A DNA stretch of 64,000 nucleotides from Xylographa opegraphella (taxonomy: Eukaryota), in the NCBI GenBank assembly GCA_022813865.1, contig JALDZX010000013.1:186001-250000 (forward strand), written 5' to 3'. A program made the position numbers and the translations under genes. This document shows, piece by piece, positions 51,549-61,141 of the stretch. The notes under the pieces were generated by a model that searched no databases, had not been told where the DNA came from, and worked only from the letters and a program-made list of their open reading frames with translations. The first letter of the stretch is position 1, and the number at the start of each line of letters is the position of its first letter.

Positions 51549-52973
51549 TCAGGTGCTATCTCCGGGCTGTAGGCTTCCCAGATCTTGATCGAAAGCCCAC
51601 ACCTTCAGGCTATTATCGCGACTTGGCTCGTCGTCGCCCAGGTCCCCCAGATGCCGCTGCCCAGAGCACGTAGCTAGAACCGTTCCCGAAGGGTGCATGA
51701 CTGCTGAAGAAACAGCATCTAATCAAAGAAGTTAGGATCCGATCACTCGAACATGATGGCAGTGCTTACCTTCATGTGCTCTAAAATCATATGCTGCATC
51801 TATCAACCCTTCGTGGTATCCTAAGCCTTCCCACACCCTCACGACACCATCAGTGCCTCCGCTCCACAGTTCTGAACCCATAATGTCTACACTCAGCCGT
51901 TGCATCGTCTTCGCTTTCCGGCCTCGCAGCCAGCTCAATCTCTTGCCGGTACTGCGGATGTCCCAAACCCCTATACCCTCGCTTCCTCGTTCGACGATGC
52001 AGAGGTATCTCCCACACGTTGACCATAGCAGCTGTGTAATACCAGCGCCGTCTCCGATTCCATCCTCGTCGTTGTCGAGCTTTCCAACCTCAAATACACC
52101 GGTGGTCCCTCCCCTTCCACCACTATCGTAAAGCCCAAGCCATCGCCCGAATGTCCCAGCAGCAAGTATACCTTCCGGGCTCATGGCTAGGGCGCTCACT
52201 ATTCCCTTCATCCCGACTCCTCCTCCAACGATCTTCTTCCTCCGGCTTGGAATTGTCTTCATCCTGCTCAGAGGGTCCTCCCCATTCCTATTAATGTCGA
52301 ATATGCTAATTTCGCTTTCACTTCCAGCAAAAAAATGGTTCACATTATCTCCGTACGCATCGAAGAGAAGGCTATAAGGCGCTATGAACGCTTCTGTTGT
52401 CGGGTTTATGAGTGGATATGAAGCTAGGATACCTGGAAAGAAGGGGGAGATGAGGCGGATGGGAAGAGACGAAGGAGAGGCCAGGTACAAAGCCACGTTC
52501 GGCGTTGAGAGATCATAGGAGGGATAGATAGCCAAAGCATAGGCCGGAGATGGTAGTGTATGGCTTGTATACGGCTGGAGAGCGTGCAAGTTGGGGGCGG
52601 AGAGCAGGTCTGGGGGTCTTTCTTAGTAAGAAATCAGTCAATTGTTTCTAGAAACATGAGGGATGGTTAAGTACAAAATGAAAGTTCTTAAAATATTATC
52701 GGCGGAAGATGTGAGAAGCGTGGTTCCGTCGGCAGACCTGCATATACATCAGTAAATACTATAGGCACGCGGCCAATGAATGGAGTACCATTGAGCGCTT
52801 TTGAAGTAATTAGACTCTTGCTGAGCATTTTCTTCCTCTGGATGATATGCAACCTCTTTGTTGGCTTCAACAAAGCAATCGATATACTTATTATTATTCT
52901 TGGCTTCAACTGTGCCATTGTACAGGCCTCCTGTCGAGCCTACGAGACGGGGTGGTTCCTTGAGATCCCGCAT
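51549..52973 (-). CDS. WD40 protein, TCAB1/WRAP53/Swt21-like
   Basis: NYFKSAQW, EAFIAPYSL, GGGVGMKGIVSAL, GITQLLWSTCGRYL, VWDIR, T.QRL, HPSGTVLATCSGQR; three introns. Confidence 0.85.
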
Positions 52974-53212
52974 CGCATACACTGAATCTGATGAACATAT
53001 GATGCCGCCAAGCCTGATAAGACTCACATACCACTATTTGCAAAAATCCCCATTGAGGACAAGAATAGGCCGCTACCACGAGCTCAGATGTAAAGCATCC
53101 CGCAAACGCTTACCCGGTAATGATTTTGCGCCGGAGTTTACTTTGCTAAGCTCCGCGAACCCCACAATATTGCGAAAAGTGTCAAAAACACCCAGCGCGA
53201 TTGTTTTCCGAG

Positions 53213-55746
53213 ATGGTGGAGGCTTTCAATCTGGCCGGTGAGTCAATGGAACACTGAGGTGAAATGCCAGATCATTGAGCTGGGCTAATGATCAAACAGG
53301 ATGCTTGGCATCATGGCACGATTACCGATTGGCGATTTTCTTTACCTTGATTGTTCTTGTGGTTATTGCCGTTACAGTGCAGTATGGCCGAGAGTATTAC
53401 AAGAGGCGCCGGACTGCATCGTATGCTTTCCCGACATCGTTACCTGTGGAGAAGTTCGTGGAGAAATCTGTCAATTTCAGCAGCGGTCCCAACACAAAGC
53501 GCAGGAAGAGCAGCGAGGATTCGGGGTTGGTGGATGAGAAGCTTGTCGTTGCGCCAGCGCAGACTAAATCAGCGTCCAGCACTTCAAAACGACTCCGTAA
53601 CGAGCCGAAGAGGGTCACACGTACCAATGCTGGGAAAATTTTGAAGTCTCAAACCTCCGCTGAGGCTCAGAAACCAACTCAATCATTTTCGATTCAGCCA
53701 TTGGTATTCTTCTCTTCTCTGACTGGAACTACAGAGTCGTATGCGAAGCAAGTCATTGACGGTCTCAATGAAACATATGAGAATGAGCAGCCATCTTCGA
53801 TACTCAAGCCAGAACTCCATGACCTATCCTACATCGACTACGATGATTATTTTGTCTCTCCCCCACGTCCTACCGAGCCGAACGACAACATTAAATACTT
53901 TTATCTTCTTATACTGCCTACCTACAATATCGATACAGTCTTGAACAACTTCCTTGCTCATTTACAGGAAACTCATCATGATTTCCGTATCGACACTGCA
54001 CCATTGTCTGGCTTGCTTGGATATTCGGTGTTTGGCTTTGGGGACAGAGAAGGCTGGCCGACTGAAGAGGAGGGATTTTGTTCCCAGGCGAAGGAGGTTG
54101 ACAGGTGGATGGCAAAACTGACCGACAAGAAACGAGCATTTCCGCTAGGAATGGGTGACGTCAAGTCGGACGCTTCACATCGATTAAGGGAATGGACTCA
54201 AGGTATTGAAGAAGTATTGAGAACTATTGCCGAGACTGGCGGACTAGGTGAAGGAGTTCTCGGAAGTGGAGAGGCAGTGGAGAGCGACGAGGAGGACGAA
54301 GAAACACAAGAGGTGACCACATCACCAGCCAGGAAGACAGCTTCCACCAACAAGAAACGGATTACCAAACTGCCCACTCCAACAAATCTTGGTGATCTCG
54401 AAGACCTAGGCGGCTCCTCGCCTCTCCCAATCGACTTCACCACTTCAAATAGCAAACCCTCCGGCCCGGGTCCTCAAATACCCAAACCCATGGTCCCCAT
54501 TGCTTCCCCGACCTACGCTGCTCTTACCAAACAAGGCTACTCGATCATCGGCACGCACTCGGGCGTCAAGATCTGCCGCTGGACGAAATCGGCGCTCCGC
54601 GGCCGCGGCTCCTGCTACAAGCACTCATTCTACGGCATCGCCTCCCACACCTGCATGGAAACGACGCCCTCCCTCTCCTGCTCCAACAAATGCGTCTTCT
54701 GCTGGCGGCACGGCACCAACCCCGTAGGCACCACCTGGCGCTGGCAGGTCGACCCCCCGGACCTCATCCTCGCCGGCGCCATCACGGCCCACCTGCAGAA
54801 AATCAAATCCCTCCGCGGCGTGCCCGGCGTGCGGGCCGAGCGCTTCCAAGAAGCCATGCAGATCCGACACTGCGCCCTCAGCCTCGTGGGCGAGCCCATC
54901 TTCTACCCGCACATCAACGCCTTCGTCGGCCTGCTGCACGCGCGGCGCATCTCCAGCTTCCTCGTGTGCAACGCGCAGCACCCGGAGCAGCTGGCCGCGC
55001 TCGCGCCCGTCACGCAGCTGTATGTCAGCATCGACGCCAGCAATCGTGACTCGCTGCGCCGCGTCGACCGCCCGCTGCACCGCGATTTCTGGGAGCGCTT
55101 CACCCGCTGCCTGGACGTCCTGCGCGCGCACCGCCTGCGCATGCGCACCGTCTTCCGCCTCACCCTCGTCAAGGGCTTCAACGTCGAGGACGAGGTCGAC
55201 GGCTACGCGGACCTCGTCGCCCGCGGCCTGCCGTGCTTCGTCGAGGTCAAGGGCGTCACCTACTGCGGCACGGCCAGCAGTGGGGCCGCGGGCCTTACGA
55301 TGCAGAACGTGCCCTTTTACACTGAGGTCGTGGCCTTCGTGACGGCGCTGGACCGCGCGCTGGCGGCGCGCGGCCTCGATTACGGCATCGCGGCCGAGCA
55401 CGCCCACAGCTGTTGCGTGCTGTTGGCGTCGACGCGCTTCCGCGTGCGGGGCAAGTGGCGCACGCTGATCGACTACGAGGCCTTTTTCGACTGTCTGGAT
55501 CGCGGTGGGGACTTCTCGCCCGAGGACTACATGGGGGGCGAGACGCCGGAGTGGGCGGCGTGGGGGCGGGGCGGGTTCGATCCGAGGGACGAGAGGGTGG
55601 ATCGCAAGGGGAGAAAGATTGTGGTGGAGGAGGGGGTGGCGGGGCAGTTGAGGGTGGGGGAGGTGGTGGGAGTGGGTGTGAATGATAAGGTTGTTGACGT
55701 GAAGGTGCAGGAGGTCTTGGAGGGCGATGCAGGCAGTGCTGAGTGA
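53213..55746 (+). CDS. TYW1: tRNA wybutosine-synthesising protein 1 (flavodoxin + radical SAM)
   Basis: N-terminal TM, flavodoxin-like FSSLTGTTE, HSGVKICRWTK, radical-SAM CSNKCVFCWR, SLVGEP, EVKGVTYCG. First exon 53213-53237. Confidence 0.95.
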
Positions 55747-57419
55747 AAGGGGTGCTGGAGTGCGATACCTTAGCAATGGCAACCGAGGCTGTATCGTCAC
55801 TTGCACACTCTTGTGCTAGGAGCGCTAGGTACTCAATGGCTCTGATAGTCCACTCTAGAAAGTCAATCATGTTTGACTCGCGTGCTACATATTGGACTCC
55901 ATTGTTGCCAGCAGCGTCACACGACCCGTCTGATAGCATGCCGTCGAGCAATAACAAGGGGCTCGAGGCAAGAGCAGCACGTTTCGACGACATGCCGGCG
56001 CCTCCTCAGCCTGTGAATCGCACACCAAGCAGCACCGCAGTGATTGCAACCTCATTGCGGATAAGGCACGTTTGCATGAGGTGGCGACAGCGATGTTCCC
56101 CCATTCACACAATGGTCGACAAGCCATGGACCTGGTTTCCCGATCGCTTCTAGCGCACGCCCGTCGCTCAGCAGTGCTCGGATCGGTACTTGCTGGACGG
56201 TACCTAGCTTTATCGGTGGCAAGTCGAGGCTTTGGATGGCAAGGCGAGATAAACATGCGGAAGAGGATCCGGAGGACCTGCGTCGAGATAGGAATATAGT
56301 GTCAGACTAGGCGCAGACGCTTGCTTGCTGCTTAGCCCCGACCCTGAGGCTATCCCCGAGATGTGGGAGATATGCATGCGATAAAGATAGGTTGCAGTGT
56401 TGGAGCGGTCAGACAACCATGATGCTGCGAGGCGGGACGGGGGCAGGTTGTCAGAGCCCAATGGCAGAATAATATTTTAGTAGACAATCCATGCTTGAGA
56501 TGGTTCAAGCACGCAGCAGATAGAAGGAAGAAGCGAGGTCGACGCTCGGCAAGGGGCGGCACTAGTGAACAGCACAGCAGGACGACTTGCTGTATCGATG
56601 CAAAATGATTGGGTGGTGAAAGACGAGGTTCTGTTAGCTCGCAGGCAGCGTTGTGAAAATGATGGTGTGAGGCCGTTAGCTTGGATGATTACCTGACTCT
56701 CCTTCTGCATCTCGCAGCTTTAGCTCTCCCTACCATCGCCGAGTCTTGGCGTTTTGCGCGGGAAATCCCAGTTGACGTATATTGTACGGACTTCCACCAG
56801 AATGTGAAAATGAACGACTTTTTCCAAGGGTTGGTGTCCAGCAAGGCCAAGGAGGCGTGAGTGAAGTCTTCGCTGGGAAAGAACCGACGCGCATCTGCTG
56901 TTGATAAGTCGGGGCGGCGACAGCCAGTGGGCATCAGAAATTGGTGTTCTGCTGGTTGGGTGTTTACCTGTCTCGTCCGGACGTGAGCGTGGCTCCTGTG
57001 ACTGCAGAGAACCATCATACCTGGCCTGCTGACTCTCGGACGGCCCAATTACTCGTGGACGATCCGTTCTCCGAGTGGTAGTCTGCTTGTCTTCGAGGAG
57101 TGCTGCCCCACATAAGCTATGCCAAAAGGAGAGTACACTTGCTTCCGAGTTGATACGGCTTTCCCATCCTTTCGTGGCACCCGGGTGCAGGTCAGGATCA
57201 CCCTCCGCCACTGTTGCATTCATACTGTAGGCGGAAAAACCTGTACCTGCAGTGAATGACTGAGACCGTAAACAATTGCAAAAACACGGAAGGTGATATA
57301 AATTTCTTGTATCAAACAAACGAAAATTCAGTACTTGCAAATAACAGGATGAAAAATAGGAAGATCGAGAGAGATGGAATGAAAGCTATGCTACTGAATC
57401 ACCTCTTGCGATCCGGACG

Positions 57420-58526
57420 GCTACTTGAAGTGTATGTCCAACCACTCTTCGAGAAAGGTGTTGAAGTCATCACGGTATTCCAGATTGACAATGTGCCTGG
57501 CCTTGTACTCCTGCAGCGTTGACGCTGGAACGTCGTCGTTGACATATCGCATGGCAGAAATGATACTCGACTCATCAAGAGTGCCCATGGCTACAGCCAC
57601 TGGAGTCTTGATCTCTGCTGAGCGTCCTACTACTGACGGGTCCGGATCCTGATTTTCGAAATCAGATCCACCAGTATAACTAGACTCCCGTTCTGCAATG
57701 CCCTTGCACTAAGTGTATGGTTATTGCCTTGCTTTTTGACGGAGGCTTCCTTCAGGTTGAAGGGGTCCATCACCCCAGAGGTGGAATTGACGACCTGCCA
57801 AGCCTTCCACATCGTTCAATGTGAGGAAGAATGTCTCCTGAGAGAACTATCCGTCTTCTTTTTGTGTATTGAGACCGATGAATCCCGAGATCCATCCTGC
57901 GACCACAACAAGATCACCAACAAGGTCCTCAAAGGCGAAGTCAATTGAAGTGGCAGCGGCCATACTCAGTAGGCGGAGGGCATCGGTTTCATGCATGAGG
58001 CACTATCGCTGCCGCGTGTTGGTAGTGCTTGAGCTTCAACCATCGACCTTGATCGAGATATGTCTGCTCGGGTCGGGACTTGCCACAGCCAAAGCGATCC
58101 TATCCCAGTCTATCCCAACCCTTGGAGCTGAAGTATGCCACTTGGCAGTCCCACCAGGCCCGATCCGCTACATCGACATGCATGGAGAGCTTTCGTGAAC
58201 GAGCAATGGCTTCCGTATCCAGTGACGAAGCCGTATGTAGTTCCCAGACCAGCTCTTCCTCTTCGACGTCAATATAGCCATCATGGATCATGGATATGAG
58301 GATAGATGCGCTGAAGCAAGTGACGTGGGCAGGACAGCAAAGACCTTGATGTGTGAAAGTCCCGGACGAATGAGAGAGGGGAAAATCCCAACGAGATCTG
58401 GTATCGTGTATCCGAGGAAGTGGCCAATACGGTACGTGGGGTGGAAACGGGCATTCGAATATTCATCACAATCCTCGCTACCAGGGGAGCTGTCACGCTA
58501 ATCAGGCGGGGTATCGCATTGACCAA
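57420..58526 (-). pseudogene. Decayed protein-coding gene (in-frame stops and frameshifts)
   Basis: One minus frame reads protein-like through several stops (IDWDRIALAV...*...SIDFAFEDLVGDLVVVAGWISG...*FSQETFFLTL...EYRDDFNTFLEEWLDIHFK*). Upstream ORFs are joined by removing a 7-bp duplication at 58281-58294. Confidence 0.55.
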
Positions 58527-59220
58527 TCATATCGATACTCGTCACAGTAGCGGCCTTTCATGTACCGTTAGTGCGCTGCTGCACGTTGCGGCGGCTCCGG
58601 CTTCGTTGCAGGCTTGACGTCGAGTCTTGAATAATGCGTGCGCTCGAAAGAACACCGCTGAACAGGGGAAGCAACGCTCTGCTGGTCAGCTTCACTGTTG
58701 TTGCTCTCCACCTCCCGCATCTATGCCCCCGATTGCGTGGAAGGAGCACCCGGTCCCACGGTCTCACTTATGCTGATCACGCGTCGTCGTGCTACTTGTA
58801 ATCAAAAGAGGCTCCAATGCTGCCCCATCCTCTCTGCGAAAAGTGAAGCTTTGTCCGGCCTAGGTGCAGCCGAACTACCCTTTCATGGGCTTCTTTTCCA
58901 AATCTGGCATCTTTCCTTGATGTGGGGAATCGTCACGCGCAATTGTGATAGAAGCATCTCGCAAGTTGAAATTGGCGTGCTTGTCGTCCTTCATGGTGCC
59001 ATGCTCCACTAGCATCTATTTAGTCAGCCGGCCACCGCCCTTCTTATGGACATCCATCTCTTCCCTTTCATTTCTCAACGCCGTCCATACTTCAGCCTCT
59101 CTTCTGTCCTGGTCATCACATTCTCTTGTTCTCTGCTACCTCAACGTTAACGGTCTCAAAACACGTTTCAGTGCGTCTCATTGATTTCACAATTTTCTCA
59201 CTTCCTGTCGTGACTTGATC

Positions 59221-60576
59221 ATGGCACCCTCCATCATAGATACCATGTATGAGCCTGCACAGGGTTATACAAAGTTGCTTCGTGCGGAGTTCCTCCAGAA
59301 GAACGAGGAGCCTGCTTACATACCGGGTCGTACGAGTGTCGTTAGACCCGAGGATTATGAGCATCAAGATCTTCTTCCAAGGTTTCCGAACCTCCGTTGG
59401 GATCCATTGGAGGAAGTTCCGTACGTGGAGAAGGGCCTCCTTGGTCATCCGGAATTCAAGAACTTGCTGGAAGCAGCTACTGACGTGTTCGATTACAATC
59501 CAAAGATCGGAACCGAAATCCATGGGGTCAACCTTGCCACGCTCACTGACGCCCAGAAGAACGATCTGGCTCGCCTCATCTCCACCAGAGGCGTCGTCTT
59601 TTTCCGCAACCAAAAGGACTTCGGTATCGATGATCAACGGAAGCTTGGTCAATATTTCGGGACTTTGCATAAGCACGCAACCACGTCAGTGCCAAGGAGA
59701 GCAGGTTTTGAGGACGTTCACGTACGTTTTTCTCATCGGTAACGTTCACATTGACCAAAGCAGTTACTGATATCTTGTCGAAGGTTGTATATACGGACGA
59801 AAAGTCGAAGGAGCAACGAGCGTATTTTACACCCACCTTCCTATGGCATTCAGATGTAAGCAAACTCTTGGCGTGCTTCTCTCCTAAGAAAAGCTGATAT
59901 TCGTTCAGGTGACTTATGAGATTCAACCACCGTCATATACATCACTGAAGGTATTGACCGGTCCACCACGTGGCGGCGGCGGAGATACGCTTTGGTCTTC
60001 TCAGTATGCAGCTTACGACGTCATGTCGTCTCACATGCAGAAATATCTCGAGCAATTGACAGCTTTACACTCTTCGGAGCTTCAAGCCGAGGGTTCTCGA
60101 GCCCTCGGACGTCCAGTTCGTAGAGAGCCAATCATCACCGAGCATCCCATCATTCGTACACACCCTTTGACTGGCTGGAAGTCGTTGTTTTTCAATCCTG
60201 GGTTTGTCAAAGCTATCGTGGGAATTCCCAAAACGGAAAGTGACGCGATCATCCGTTATCTTAACGAGGTTATTTCCACCACGCAGGAATTTCACGTCCG
60301 CTTTCAGTGGAACAAAAATGACGTTGCGTACTGGGATAATCGCATCTGTGTATGCAGGCCCTACCACTTATGGAGAGCCGTCGCTGATTCTCATAGAACC
60401 ATTCAGCTTCGTATGGCTTTGCTCCGCATCGTCGCCATGCGGTCCGTGTTGCTTGCCAGGCAGAGCGGCCAGTACTAGACCACAATGGGACTTCTCAAGA
60501 AGATGAGCTCAGCGCCAAATACGGGCTACCGAAAGTCAATAAGGATGGATCCGGGACATCCAACTACAACGACTAG
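59221..60576 (+). CDS. Fe(II)/2-oxoglutarate dioxygenase, TauD/TfdA family (sulfonate dioxygenase Jlp1-like)
   Basis: PKIGTEIHGV, RGVVFFRNQ, LWHSD|VTYE (HxD), GGDTLW, HPIIRTHP.TGWKSLF, WDNR; three introns. Confidence 0.93.
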
Positions 60577-61141
60577 TTCCTCACGCATCAATGCATGGGG
60601 TCGAGCAATTGCTGTGAAGGGGTCCCTAAATTGCTATTTCGGTGAATTCTGCGTGCTACTATAGATCGGATGGTTGCGATTCAGCGGGTGCGGGTCTTGC
60701 TTGCGGTTCATGAACATGTAAGTAGTTCAAGTGCTTTAGGGCCCCCCAAATTGAGGGCAGAGATAGTTTAAGCTTCAAAATCGTCAACTACTCCAAGATC
60801 AAGTCGATTATGAGAGAGCAACTCTGGCATGTTCCCAGACATGCGGAAGTTACGTGAACCGCTGTTGTTAAAAAGCTTGAGCTTTTGAAAGGCTTGAGCT
60901 CAGCCACTTTGATCTCCGGACGATGATTTATACAGCTGATTCTGGCTGGATCCAGATGACGCTATCATGTTAGCGAGCCCTAAGCGCACCATCTTTGGCC
61001 CTATTTGAGACTTCTTTCCTCTAATGTACCTTGGGCTTCCATGCGTCATCAACCACGATAGGTATCATTAGAATAACAGACGGCATATTTACAGCATCGC
61101 ATATCGAGTATTGTCATTATTGTTGGGCCTGCGATTGATCA

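Noticed and set aside
57420..58291. Stop-codon rescue by A-to-I editing (UAG to UGG) in the decayed ORF
   Set aside because: It also contains TAA and TGA stops and frameshifts that editing of UAG cannot repair; a pseudogene is simpler.
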